Shown piece after piece: positions 19,695-33,800 of a DNA stretch of 64,000 nt. The notes beneath the pieces were generated by a model that was not told where the DNA came from, ran no database searches, and worked only from the letters and a program-made list of their open reading frames with translations. Origin of the DNA: the human T2T-CHM13v2.0 reference genome, Homo sapiens; the NCBI RefSeq assembly GCF_009914755.1, contig NC_060939.1; one strand, written 5' to 3'. Each line of letters begins with the position of its first letter. Positions within the stretch are counted from its first letter, which is position 1. A program made the position numbers and the translations under genes.

Positions 19695-19832
19695 GTTAGT
19701 GGACTTCCTTTCCCCAAAGTGCTCCGCTCTGACTCCCATCAGTAAGGCAGCAAGCCCAGACCCGTTAGTGGCCTTCCTTTCCCCAAAGTGCTCCGCTCTG
19801 ACTCCCATCAGTAAGGCAGCAAGCCCAGACCC
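19695..19832 (+). repeat. Tandem duplication, 2 x 69 bp, one mismatch
   Basis: gttagtgg(a/c)cttcc...cagaccc at 19695-19763 and 19764-19832. Confidence 0.95.
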
Positions 19833-20589
19833 CGGCATGGAGCAGGTCAGGCAAGAGATGTATGCAGTGACTTAATAAATAAAATAGAATGGAATACGAG
19901 AACCAACAGAAAAGAAGCATGTAGAGCCGCTGGTCCTGAGGATCAAAAGAGCAGCAAAGATAGGCCTTCAGCTTTGGTGCTGAGCTTCCTCATAACAGGG
20001 GCAATCAAAGAAATAAGAGATTACAGTGTTGATAATAGATAAATGATAGAAAATAATTGTAACATTTTTGAAGGAGCGTCTTATTAATTTTTCTGTCTTC
20101 TAAACGCTTGTTTGGGTCAGGGCCTTAAGCATAGTAGATGCTCAATAAATACTTGTTTAAAGGATGAGTTAAAAGTAAAATCACGTATTATTGCTGGCTA
20201 ATATGTATTGAGTACTTACTACATAGCAGGAAATTTCTAATTTGTTTCACCCAACAACCCCAGTAGGTGGGCACTATGGTTCTCCGCTTTTTCAAATGTG
20301 GAAACCACAGAGTAACTTCCCCAAGGTCACAGCTCTTCAGCGACCAGGTTATGATGTAAACTCAAGTGCCCGGATTGGAGCCAGCCACTAGGGAATCTGA
20401 AATGATGGAGCAAATGAGCATTTAGGGGTATTTTCATTTTACCAGACAGTAATACCAACCTGACTGGCTTTTTACTGCTGGCCCCTGGCAGGCAGCCCAG
20501 TTCAGTGAGCAGCCCTGCTAGAAACCAAGGCAGGCAGGCTCCCCTCTACCGGGAGCTGCCCGGCTTCAAAGCCGGTAAACCTTTTCCCT

Positions 20590-20608
20590 ATCTGCCCCCT
20601 GCTGGCGG
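20590..20608 (-). promoter_or_regulatory. Candidate CTCF site (minus strand CCGCCAGCAGGGGGCAGAT)
   Basis: Full match to the core CCASYAGRKGGCR in a CpG-retaining patch. Confidence 0.6.
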
Positions 20609-21778
20609 ATGTGAGCATAGCAGGGCTCTCTCCCGACTCCTTGCAAGAGCACCCTGGAAAAGAGAGCGAGGCTGAGTGAAACCCCGGCTGCTGCTTGGGC
20701 TTCCGTAATTGTAGGGGAGTGGTGAATTGCCATAACCCCAAACTGGGACCTGGGCTCTGACATATAGGAATGTCTTAGGATGGGCTGGTTAAAATTGGTT
20801 GCTCTCCTGGCAAAGCTAGTTTGTGTAGTCACTGGATGTGGGGTGGAAACAGTGGGGCTTGGGGGAGGACGGTGGGGAATTAGAGATCATCTTTAAAAGC
20901 ATTGGAACACCATTCAGGGGGCTCTGGGTTCTTGTCCAAGGGTCACCTACTCCAGCGGCAGGTATCCTGTCTGAAGCTGTGTCCTAATTTGTAAAAGGAG
21001 GCATTAGACTACATGACGTCTAATGGTCCTTCGATCTGAAATCTCTACCTGTAAGCTCTTTAAAGATTCCTCTAAGCAGGTCTCCTCGCTGGATCTCACA
21101 TTCTCTCCCCAAAGGTCTTCCCCAGTGCCCATACCACATCTCCAGCCCTGCTCACCTGCATCCCCCTGTGGCCAGACAACTTGCTAACTCCAGCTGCCCA
21201 CCCTGACCCCCAACCTGAGCCAGCTTTGTATGAGGTCCCCAGGCCCTGTTCACTAAGAATGGGAATCTTATGGTTCAGAAAGAAACTAGCCTGTGCTTCT
21301 TGGTCTTGAGGCCAGTTTGCCTCTCACTTCCTGACAAGTCCAAACCCAGGACAGCTGAGACAGCGAGAGCTATCAAGAAATGAGGGGAAGGGAGCTGCCG
21401 GCACTTTCTGTTGAGCAAATGGCTGAAGTTCCCAGAAAAGCTGGAGCGGAGGAACTCTGGGGAGGCACATAAAGTTGTTGTGGTCCAGGAATGGATGCCT
21501 GAGGAGCCCAGAAATTCCCAAGGGAAATGTTGTAGGGGTCGGAGTTCCTGTGCCAGCAGGGGTGGGAGGTACAGCCAGCCGTACGTGACTATTGCTATTA
21601 ATGTGACCTCATGTTCAACCCTGGTGTTTTCTAAAGAAACAAGACTTTCCAGAGAATTTTTGTATTTATTTTGGGGCACCCATATATACACATATATTCA
21701 GCCTCAGCAGAGCCTAAGGCAGGGTTCCTGGGGTGAAGGACAAATTATTTTTCTTAGTTTTCAACCCATAGGGACTGA

Positions 21779-22321
<543 letters not shown>

Positions 22322-23119
22322 TCTACTCTTTTTCATGAGGCAAATCCTCTGGTGATGTGCTTAATGATGTGGCTGTTGTCAAATTGCTGTAAATTTTCTA
22401 GACACCGATTTTGTATCTATGTTTATCTCACCAGGAACCCTCAAACAGTTTGCAGACTAGCCCCAGCCTATGGGTACACTTTGAGAAGACCTGGTCTAAG
22501 CCACTCTTACTTCTGTATTCTCTGGAGATGAAGGACATCAGTGGGGATAATAATTTTTAACAAATAGACAGTTTCCACAAAGAGGAGAGGAGTATTCATA
22601 GCACTTTATTTGTCAACTTTACAAATTACACAGTCACATTAAAGGTACATTTTGTGTGCAGATGACCATGGCATTCTGAGGAATAATTGAGTTTCTCGGC
22701 ATCACTAGGACTATTGTTTTCCTACTTTAAACTTGGACATGCTTCATGCTTAGGATACCAGACAGTAAAAAGTACGGGAACACTAGCACATTACAAAATT
22801 TTTATAAAACTGTACTTTACTCACCCTAAAAGCCCACATCCATGTTACTTTATTGAGAAAAACATGTCCAGAAATGGCCACAAACAGGGGCTGTCTCTTA
22901 TGGGACAGTAGTCAACTCATCACCTATCTTTCCTATTTTCCACTTATTTTCAGCTTTGAATTTTAATAACTGCATTTCATCCGTTTCTGTTTTGATTTCA
23001 GCTACAAAGTGAATTACATTTTTTAAATTAGAAAATAAGGATTTCACATTATATTTAATGTTTTAGGTACATTAGCAATCTGGCTTCAAAATGATCCTCT
23101 TGTTTGGAAACACCCTGAA

Positions 23120-23315
23120 AATATGAAGGAAAAGACAGTCCTAACCCCCTGAATGAAGTGTGATTTTAATGGAATAATATTGGTTTTCAGTAGACATACC
23201 AGAACTTCTACATTAAATTTAGGGATCATACTGTTATTCTAATGATGCTGCCACTGCTTGGAAGAATTTTGGAATGGCTTTTTTTTTTTTTTTTTTTTTG
23301 GAATTGCCTTCAGTG
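23120..23315. mobile_element. Probable MARNA/mariner-like DNA transposon fragment
   Basis: tgccactgcttggaagaattttggaa..ggaattgccttcag resembles recalled MARNA sequence. Confidence 0.35.
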
Positions 23316-25499
23316 GACAATTTTGAAGAGAGATGAATAAGAAATAGTGTTGGGCTGTGCACGGCAGAGGCCACTGGCCTAAAAGGCTCCATGTGAGCCA
23401 ATGATTTCCTAACTTCCTGTGTTCACAGTGTGCTTCATGCTACTACTGCCTTTATTAAAGTAATCAAGGACCCCAAACACGGCTAAAGACAGTGAAAGTT
23501 ATGATGAAATTAAAGTGTAGTCACAGTGTAGTTACAACTACATGATGAGGTTGTCTCAGAGGGTTTCCAAAGGCACACATAGTTGTGACTCTATTCATTT
23601 AGTCACCTGGGTCACAATTTGAAAAGAGTCCTTGCTGTCCTGATCAGGCTCGCTTTTTTTTTTTTTAATCAAAGACGAAGTTCCTGCATGTCCCCTGGGT
23701 GTCCTTGGCATAGCTGCCCTGTGTTCCTGCCCCTTCCTCTTAGGAGTCACAACCCCTAAACACTATACCACATCACACCTCGCACTTAGCTCAACTCCGA
23801 AATCATATGTAATAAAATTCATTTCACACGTGGGTCACATGTGGATCAAGTGTGATTGCACCACGGCGAGGGATTTGCGGTACCAGTAGCTGCAGCATAG
23901 GAACTGAGCAGCACTAGTCCCAGGTAGCTGGAGACACAGCCTTAGATAGGAGTCTTCCTCAGCATAGCGAACAGGGACACACGTTTCTTTATTGTAAAGC
24001 ACCAAAATTATAGATACCAGCCAAGCATTAGAGGATTAACTACAACAGAGATATCATCCAGGTACCATGTCCAGCACCCTGGGAAGACAATAATCAACCC
24101 TCCTGAAAGAATGTGAGGCCGGGTAGCTGGTGGGAACCTTTGATACACATTAATAAACTTTATCATTACAGTGATATGTAATGATCATATTACATTAATG
24201 ATTACATTTAATCATTTGAGACTTACGGAAAGAATTGTAGTGGAATCTTTTAGATATGTGTAAACTAACAACATAATTTTAGGATTATACTATGTCAATT
24301 CAGGTGTAGGTAAGACAGCCAGTGAAAAATTATGTGAAGCAAATAATTGGAAAACTTTATATATATGTTTCAAAATCTAGCTGAGACCTCCAAGGATAAC
24401 TGGGCTCCTAAATAATGCCATTTTGCCTTTGATGTTGGGGCAGCCCTGTGGTTTAGGATCTGGCTTCCATGGGTTTGTCTGTGTCGTGCAGACGATCCAG
24501 TGGTCTAGAAGTTCTGGCCAACATGCCAAGTCTCTGGCACACATGCTTCAGAGGGTCCTGGTGTGAATCTACTTTAGTTTCTTGTCCCTCCTCTGTCCCA
24601 TCATGTAACCCACTTTCTTCCTCTCACCTGCTTTCCCTATGTGACATGCCCTCCAGTTTCTTCAGCCCACATCCTCCAGCTTCATCCAGCCATTTTCCCC
24701 ACCATGGTCATTCCGCATCTGCTGCCCTGTCTAAACCATGGGAAGAGACAAATCTGGAGGAGAGGTAAGGGATGATGGAGGCACAGATCACAGATCTAGG
24801 AACTGGGGGTAGAGAGGGGAGAGCCAGTGGCAGAGGGGCCAGAGACAGGAACGGGCAAGAGTGTGAGCTGGGCACTTGAAACAGGGCTTCCTCTCACTTT
24901 ATAATCTTCCCTGTGCTTCCCAGGGTCTATGCATTTGCACCTGCACCTGCATTTGTGGCCAGGTTCAGGGCACCTTTCCTAATCCATCCCTCAATCACAG
25001 CAAAACACCCTCAACTGTTGGCTCCACTTTGTCTCTATAAATGGTACCTCAGTAATATGAACTGAAACAAGTTATTTAAGACCATGGGTTAACAAATAAA
25101 GGGTTTTAGCCAGATGATAACAAAATTACTTTGCAGACATCTTGCATTTTCCAAGAAACCACACAATATATGTACACCACTCATAAAGAATTTCTTACTT
25201 AAAATAAATGTAAATGAACTTGGCTTCTGGGACAACAAACTATTTAGAGCTGTGGTTAATCCCCAGCATTTAAAGGATGTGGGGTAAAAGATGGAGTCCT
25301 GACAGTGGCTGTGGGAAGTAGCTTTTCAAGCCCAAGTTGAGGCTACAGGATCAGTTGTTTGGACAAGAGAGACAGAAGCCAGGCTGTGTAGCCAGGTCTG
25401 AGGAGTCCAGCTAAGGAAGGCAAGGGTTTGGCTATAACAGGGACATCTCACCAGCTTCTTGCCTAGTCTGGCTGCTGGGCATAGCTACCACTATCTAGA

Positions 25500-25710
<211 letters not shown>

Positions 25711-25719
25711 GTCAATTTT

Positions 25720-26400
25720 CAACCACCTCACACCCATCAGGCTGGCTACTATTTAAGAAAACAAAAACAAACAGAAAATTGCACTGTTGGTGGGAATATA
25801 AATTGGTATAGCCATTATGGAAAACAGTATGGTAGTTCCTCAAAAAAAAATGAAAAAGAGAATTAGTGTATGATCTAGCAATTCCACTTCTGGCTATATA
25901 TCTAAAATAACTGAAAGCAGGGACTTGAAGAGATGTTTGTACATGAAAGTTTGTAGCAGCATTATTCACAATAGCCCAAGTGCATATAGACAGATCAATG
26001 GATAATAAAATGTAGTATATGTATACAATGAAACATTATTCAGCCTTAAAAAGAAAGGCTATTTGGACACATGTCACAACATGGATGAAACTTGAGGACA
26101 TTGTGCTAAGTGAAATAAGCCAATAAGGACAAATCCTATGTGATTATACTTACGTGAGGTATCTGGAGTCATGAAATTCATAGAGACAGAAAATAGAATG
26201 GTGGTTGTCAGGGGTTTGGGAGGAAGGAAAAATGAAAATGTTTGCTGGGTACAGAATTTTAGTTTTGCAAGATGAAAAAGTTCTGCTGTGAGTGGTATAC
26301 AACAAGGTGAATGTACAAGTACCACTGAGCTGTATAAAAAATGGTTAAGATGGTACATTTTATGTTATGTATATTTTGTCACAATTAAAAAGTTTTTAGA
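25720..26400 (+). mobile_element. Old L1 (L1MA/L1MB-like) ORF2 end and 3'UTR
   Basis: cacctcacaccc..gcaattccacttctgg..gcagcattattcacaatagcc..acatggatgaaacttgagg. Confidence 0.75.
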
Positions 26401-27568
26401 AAGGGAAAAAAAAAGAGGGTTACGTCTTCCCATCTGTGCATCTCACGACTGTGTTATTACTGAGAGCTCGATGCCAGTCCCTTAGAAACACAAGGATGAC
26501 TTGAAAACTTATGTACCAATTCATTTCCTCCAATTTCCCCCCTAATGAATAGAACCATAGTTCATCAGGAAAAAAAAAAGTAACTTTAATATAGGCCAAC
26601 TAGACCAAGGCTGGCCCACGTCCAGACCTCAGAGGAGGGAAGTGCTGAAAAAATCAGCTTCATTCATCAATGGGCAAGGCATCTTTTGCCATTTCTGCCT
26701 TGCCTTGCACAGGCAGGCTGAGATACGGTCTTGCTTTATGGTTCAGGAGAGAGGGCCAGAACCAGGCTGGCAGGGCCCTCTGCTGGGAGGCGGCCTCCAG
26801 GGCTGAACTGAGATTTAAACCCCATCCCTGGGGTGGTGGCACCACTGCAGAGGCAGCAAACAGCCCTACAGCTGGCAGCCAGTAGCCTGAGCTTCCTGGC
26901 AGGGAAAGCTAGACTTTACTGAGCACAGCCTGGACTGAGAATAGGGAGGCCGAGCTTCCAGTCCTCATATTGCCCTAAATAGCTGTGTGGCCATACACAA
27001 AACGTTCTTAACTTCTAATACCTCAGGGTTTGTAGATGGTGGATTGTGCCCACTCTAGCCAGAAATTTCCATTAAGCTATGAACGTAGTAAAATCATATA
27101 AAGAATTTCCCCGAGACCCTGAGATATGATTAATTTCCAAGAAGAAAAGGTGCCGTTCTTTCATCCTAAAGAAACTTAGTCATTTTTATTTCCAGAATCT
27201 GTATGAGGGTCTTTGAAGCTCTGACTCATTTGAGACATTCAGATGTGAAGTCTGGTCTGATGGTAATTTTAAGTGAGGAAGAAAGCTGGTTATAGAGCAA
27301 AAGTTTAAAGAGGAAAAGAATACTAAGTGCGGGCATCAGTTATGTCTGTCTTGTGTGATAGTAAAATGAACACAGGACTTCAAGTCAGAAAAGCTTTGTT
27401 CAAGTCTCTCTTATTGCCCCTCCCACACCCGCCCCAGCTGTCCTCTCATCCTCCAGGAGCCATTCTCCGTGCAGCAGCCAGAGGGATTATTTTAAAACAT
27501 ATTAGGTCATAACATCCTCCGGCTTAAACCCTCTAGTGAGTTCCGACTGCACTTAAATGGCACATACA

Positions 27569-27778
27569 CCAGCGGTGTTCTGGTAAGTGTTTAACAACTG
27601 GCTCTCTTGGAGGAGAGATCTGGGAGAAGAACCTGGGTTTGTTGTATTTGCCAATTATCATGGTGTAAATACTCCCACTATGGCCAATTTCAAGCTATCA
27701 ATTTGACATTAATCAGCTCTTAAAACCCTGAAAACTTAACAAGTGGCTCTCATGAGCTAGAATGAGCCAGATCCAGCA
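27569..27778. mobile_element. MER63-like hAT element inserted in an L2 fragment (about 27440-28290)
   Basis: ccagcggtgttctggtaagtgtttaacaactggctc..gagccagatccagca. Confidence 0.5.
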
Positions 27779-29016
27779 ACTCTTTCTATTTAAAATCCAG
27801 CTTCCTTCTGAGACCCTCACGGCCCAGTGTGGTTGTCCATCTTGCCAGCTTCACCTTGTTTCATGTTCCCTCTGATCATGACACTGCAGCCACTCTGCCT
27901 GTGTCAAATATTCCGTCTCAAATATACACCCTTAAATATTCCAAGCTTGATCTCACATGAGAGCCTTCTCACTTGCTGTTCCCTCCACCTGGAACTTTCT
28001 TCTCTAGATCTTGACTGGTTATTCTTTGTCAGTTTGATCTTAACTTCAATATGTCAGGGAGGCCTTACCTGAGCATCTAATTCCAAAATAGAGCCCCGTC
28101 CCCCATTACTATCTCATTACCCAGTTTATTTGCTTCATAGCCCTTGCCACTATCTGAAATGATGTGTTTCATTATTTGTTACCTTATTTGTTAGTTCTGT
28201 TTTGACATATAGAGTGCAAAGTTATAGGCACTAAGAACAAGGTCCAGCACATAGTATGTGGCAATAAATGTTTGTTGAAGAAATAAATGATTAATAGGTC
28301 AAAAATAAATTATTTCTGCTATAAGATGGAGTTATTTAAGCAGTAGAAAATTCCCAAATTCATTCTGACAACTTATAAAACTGGTTTCAAAGTTTTTTTT
28401 TTTTTTTCAGTTGACATAGTTTTCTTTTGATGTGGAGAAAAGTATACATGCACTTTTAAAGACCAGATCAGGAACAGTCTTCTCTTCAAAATGAATGATT
28501 TGAAAGACCTCTAGGCCAGGGAGAAGGAGGAGGAGGAAGAAAACAAAAATATGTAATTGGCGTATTCATTTTCCTAAGAGCCACGTGAAGAGAAGAGGAC
28601 CAAAGGAAGAGCAAAGAAAGGAAACAGACATTCTCTGAACATCGTTGCTGCCCCTTACATGCTGGGTTCTAATACTCAAGATCTGCCTAATGGAAGAATC
28701 CTGTGGGGCATGTGTTTCACAGATGAGTAAAACTAGGCTGTAGGAGGTTAAGCAACTTGCCCCAGGACACACAGCTGGTAAACAGTAGAATTTAATTCTA
28801 AGTAGACCAAGTTCAAACTTTTCCTGATTATGTATCTCCTATATAATAGGAGGTAGGGTGGCAGGAGGGTCTCCTCCAGAGGAAATTCTATGAACAAAGA
28901 AACCACATGAGTAATGATGTCAGATACCTAACAGAAGATTTTAATTATGGTAATATCCATTCTTAATTCACTGGGATGAAAGAAGAGACACATTTTCATA
29001 GTTTGAATCCTTATGA

Positions 29017-29410
<394 letters not shown>

Positions 29411-29754
29411 TGATAATTTTCTAGTGATTTATTTGAGCAGGATAAAATCCTGTTTGGTAGCTTCCATATTTGTCACAGCTGTTGTGGCTTGATGGACTTA
29501 ACAGTCTTGGGACACATGGCTACTTGGGTTGGGGTGTAGGTTGGGGACATTTATGCAATAGAACAGTGTGCAAGGGAAGACGTTAATTGTCTTCCAAGTG
29601 CTTCCACTTAGGGGCATAGAGGAGTTATAATCTGTGCAGGGCTGCAGAAGACCTGCCCCAATAAGGCTGAAGACTCCACGAAGATAGGGTGCAGAATGTG
29701 ATCAAGAGGGGTCTTGGGTATAAAGCATGAAGATAAAAAAACCTTCTAGACTAG

Positions 29755-30090
29755 ATCAGCGCTTCTCAGCCTTTAACATGCAACCAGAGCGCATGAGGAT
29801 CTTGTTGCAGTGCAGATTTGGACTCAGCAGGTCCAGGTGGGGCCTGGGCATTCCTATTACAACAAACTCCCAGGCGGTGCTGCTGCGACTGCTCTGGGGA
29901 TCACACAGCTACACATTTTGGCTCACCTTGCTACTCAAAATGTGGGCCACCTACCTCAGCATCAGTGTGACCTGGGAGCTTGTTAGAAATGCAGAACCTC
30001 AGGCGCTACTCACACCCAGAGTCAGAACTTGAATTGTATCAAAATCACTAGGTGATTCACACATTAATGCTTAGACATTACTGCTCTAAA
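29755..30090. mobile_element. MER5-like hAT fragments
   Basis: cagcatcagtgtgacctgggagcttgttagaaatgcagaa motif. Confidence 0.55.
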
Positions 30091-30112
30091 AATTGAGAAG
30101 TGCCAGTCTATT

Positions 30113-30608
30113 CTGGGGGTGCAGTGGGTCAAATGGGGGCCCCCAAAAGATACGTTTACATCCAAATCCTTGAACCCATGAATCTGACCTGATTTGGACA
30201 AAAGGATCTTTGCAGATGTAGATTAAAAGCCTTGAGATAAAATCAACCTAGAATACTTGGGTGAGCCCTATATCAAATGCTGTGTCCTTAGAAGAGAAGG
30301 TGGAGGGAAATTTGAGACAGAAGAGGGAAAGATACAGACAGAAGAGGAGGAGGCAATGTGACCACAGAGGCAGAGATTAGAGTGATGCAGCCACAAGCCA
30401 AGGAAGCCAAAGATGGCCTACAGCCACCAGAAGCTCAAAGAGGCAAGGAAGGATTCTCCCACCAAATTCCTCTCCAAGGGAGCGTGGCCATGCCGACACC
30501 TTGATTTCAGGCTTCTGGCTTTCAGAATTATAAGAGAATACATTTCTGCTGTTTGAAGCCACCCAGTTTGTGGTAATTTGTTGCAGCAGTTTTAGGAAAC
30601 AAATATAA
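30113..30608 (+). mobile_element. MLT1 (MLT1C-like) LTR
   Basis: ggcccccaaaagata..gatgcagccacaagccaagga..gccacccagtttgtggtaatttgtt. Confidence 0.75.
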
Positions 30609-33600
30609 GGAGGAAGGACTATATCTCATCCACACAAGACTTTGTCGTGATAAAAGGAGGGTGGCTGCCTCCGCTTCACCAGCTCAGAATAAAAGGGTGA
30701 CCTCAGCCTGAGCAATTCAGGATGGTGAGTGCAGATGGTAAGAGAAAGGGGAAGTGGATAACAGGAGGCTCAGGAGGGAATGAGGGAAATATGCAAGATG
30801 GATCCGCAGAGGTAGAAGAAAGAGAAGGACAAAAAGCAAACACACCCCAGGTTTGCTGGGGTGGCATTCAACAACAGGGGCAAGATGGCAAGCTTGGGGC
30901 TGGGAGACAGGCTGGGGTTTCCCCAGAGCACAGTCCTCAGAGCTGGTCCTGAGACAGGCTGAGGGGAACTGCAGAAGGAAAGAACTACTAAGAGGATTCA
31001 TTATGCAAGGAGCCGCAAAAGACCTGCGAGAAGTAGAAATACAGGCTGTTGAGAGAGGTTAGAATGAGACTCAAGAAGGAGAACCAGGAACAATTGCATT
31101 AAAATAGGATGAAATGTGCTTTTTTGATTCATTTGGAAATGAGTTAGTCTTGTAAATAGGCATAGTGTTACTTATCCTGGCAACCAATGGGCATCAAATG
31201 TGATTATTAAACACAAAATACCATATATTTGTGATCCTTATGAGTATCAGCTGATTATTAAGCTAAGAGAGATTCTTCTGAAAGATGTCTCCTTTGAGAC
31301 TATGTGTTCCCGAAAGCCAGCTTTTTGGCTTAACTTAGAAAATGTGTAAATCCTCACCAGTTGGTTGTAGAGAGGGGCACAAACCCATGGACTTGTGGAA
31401 TCTTCAGTTGCAGGAGTCCTAAAGTTCATCTCCTCCAATTTCGCAATGAGCAGGAATATCTACCCCCAACTGCTAGTACCCCTGACCAAGATATATCTGG
31501 CTTCCCCCACCTGGCCATGTTTTTCTTGCTTAAGCGTGTAGATTGATCATTCACTGTCTTTCAGTGGCACTTAGTAGACTGCAAAGGCCGCATTTTAGAA
31601 TGTGTACATGTGGTGCCTATTCTTAGGAATTTAATAGTACTAACTTCTCTTACTGGTTTAAAGATTCACTCTCTCATTCAACAGAAATGTACTGAGAGCA
31701 TGCTGTGTGCCAGACATGGAGATGAGTAAAACGTGGATGACTAGAGAACACATATGGATCATTTTACTTTGGTTGCTTAATATAGCTGAATCAATAGAAT
31801 TGGTTTGACTCACCCCTAGCTGTTGGTTGGAAAGACAGGGCAAAGTCTCAAGTCACTGTTCTTGGACTTATTCCCATGGTGGAGTGGCTGGTGTGAGTTA
31901 TGATAGGAGCCAGAATTCCCTAGTTTCCTCAATACCTCAATTCCTCCAATATTAATACCTAAATTGTTGACCAATTAAACCCTACACACATTTATTGTTA
32001 TACTATATTTGATTTCCAAAAGGACCAAAGCACACTTTTAGTGTAGCATACAGGAAAGATTATCATAGACTTTGGAATAAGCCAAGAAGTTAAAATTCCT
32101 AGCTGAGTGAGTGTAGGCAAGTTACTCTGGGAATCAGTTTTATCAGCTGCAAAATGGGAAATAATCCATACTTTGCATAATTGTTGTGAGGTTTAAATAA
32201 GATAACATGGTCTATGGTCTGACTGATTTATAATAATTCTTTCCCCTTCACACTTGCCCCAGGATCACACGCAAAGATGTGTCAACCATTCCTGCATCAT
32301 CATGGGCAGGTATTTCTCTGAAGCAAGAGTTCATTTCTCCTTGCCTGTTTTTTGGTTGTTTTTGGAGCCACATGAGTAGTAAAAGCAGCTGCTGCATTAT
32401 GAGAAGGTGTAAGCATGCCAGAGGCATTGGTGCCCAGAGAAAGTGGTCATTTCAGCAGGGAAGGGAGGTATTATTGAGCTCTTAGTGCTTCAGTTGGTTT
32501 GAGTATAAAACCAATGCCACTTAGAAAAAAATTATTTGCTTCAGCAAACCCGTTGGCTTGCTCAAAAGTTGCAATAGGAATAAAGTAATTATTTGTGAAT
32601 GAAATGTGTTCCATCAACATCTCCATCCCCCTGCAGCAGCAAGTTAGGGATACATGCAGGCATACTAGTGTTTGGGGGCTTGCAGTCAGCCAGTTGGTGC
32701 ACACTGGATGCCCAAATCATCCTTTCAATGGCCAAATTGCATGCTTGACCTGAGAGTGCCGTATACACTCAATTTGCTATTAGGGCTTAGATACAAAGTG
32801 GAAAAGATGCTATTATGTTTATGAAGCAAAATAGTAACTTAACATAATGAAGGCATTGGAAATGACTGTAGAGCTCCTCTGGTGTAATCCATATTTACAG
32901 AGATAGCTAGTGATATTCAAATTGGTGAAAGGGCATTGAAATCATCATGAGAATGTGCACAGCTATGAAGGGAAGTCAGCCAGGTGAAATCAAACAGCCC
33001 TGGACTTGGAGCTGGGATCCCCAGAGGAGTCCTGGATCTGTCGCTTAGTGAGTGGCTTTGGACAAACCACCTGGGCTCTCTGGGCTTTAGTTTTCACTTC
33101 AGTGAAATGGGACTTCTCTGCCTTTCTCACTAGGTGAAGACAGGGTGCAAGCAAAATGTTGGATATGAACAGGAATGATGTTAAAGACCTTAAACCATGG
33201 GCCCAATCCAGCTCACAGATGAGTTTGGTTTGGCTGGCACTGTGTTTGGTTTGGCTGGGACTGGCATTCAGGAACACGGAACCTGAATGCCTTTAGGTGA
33301 GGCATGTTCCTTGTCTCCCACAGGCTCTACTTATAGCTGGTCTGATTGTCCAATTTATGTTGCCTGCCTGGCTCCTATAGGCATTCTGATTTGGGAACCC
33401 TTGCAACCTAAACACCACATTATAGTGGACCAGCTTCATGTGTGGGTGAAGTAGGTAGTATCATTTTAGGGCTATCTGGAAAGTACCATCTCCTTTCCCT
33501 CCTCCTCTCCTCCCACAAGCCCAGCTTGCAGATGCCTATCAAGCTTTTGTGCAATTCCCTAGAAAACCAAAAGCTTCTACTGTAAGGGAGGATGACATTT

Positions 33601-33645
33601 TGAAACTTAGCTATGCTTTATAACTTAGGTAGACACATTTAGCAA

Positions 33646-33648
33646 TTT

Positions 33649-33679
<31 letters not shown>

Positions 33680-33800
33680 TTTTTATTTTTTGAGATAGGG
33701 TCTCGCTTTGTCACCCAGGCTGGAGTGCAGTGGTACTATCACAGCTCACTTTGATCTCGAACTTCTGAGCTCAACCAATCCTCCCACCTCAGCCTCTCAA
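33646..33800 (-). mobile_element. Alu right-arm/FRAM-like fragment with (TTTA)n tail
   Basis: tttgagatagggtctcgc..caggctggagtgcagtgg..ctcagcctc. Confidence 0.8.

Noticed and set aside
19695-19832. Direct repeats as a CRISPR-like array
   Set aside because: Eukaryotic DNA, two adjacent units and no spacers.
33223-33262. 21-bp period duplication; also an 11-bp tandem at 62930 and a 13-bp repeat at about 37818
   Set aside because: Common slippage micro-duplications with no further structure.
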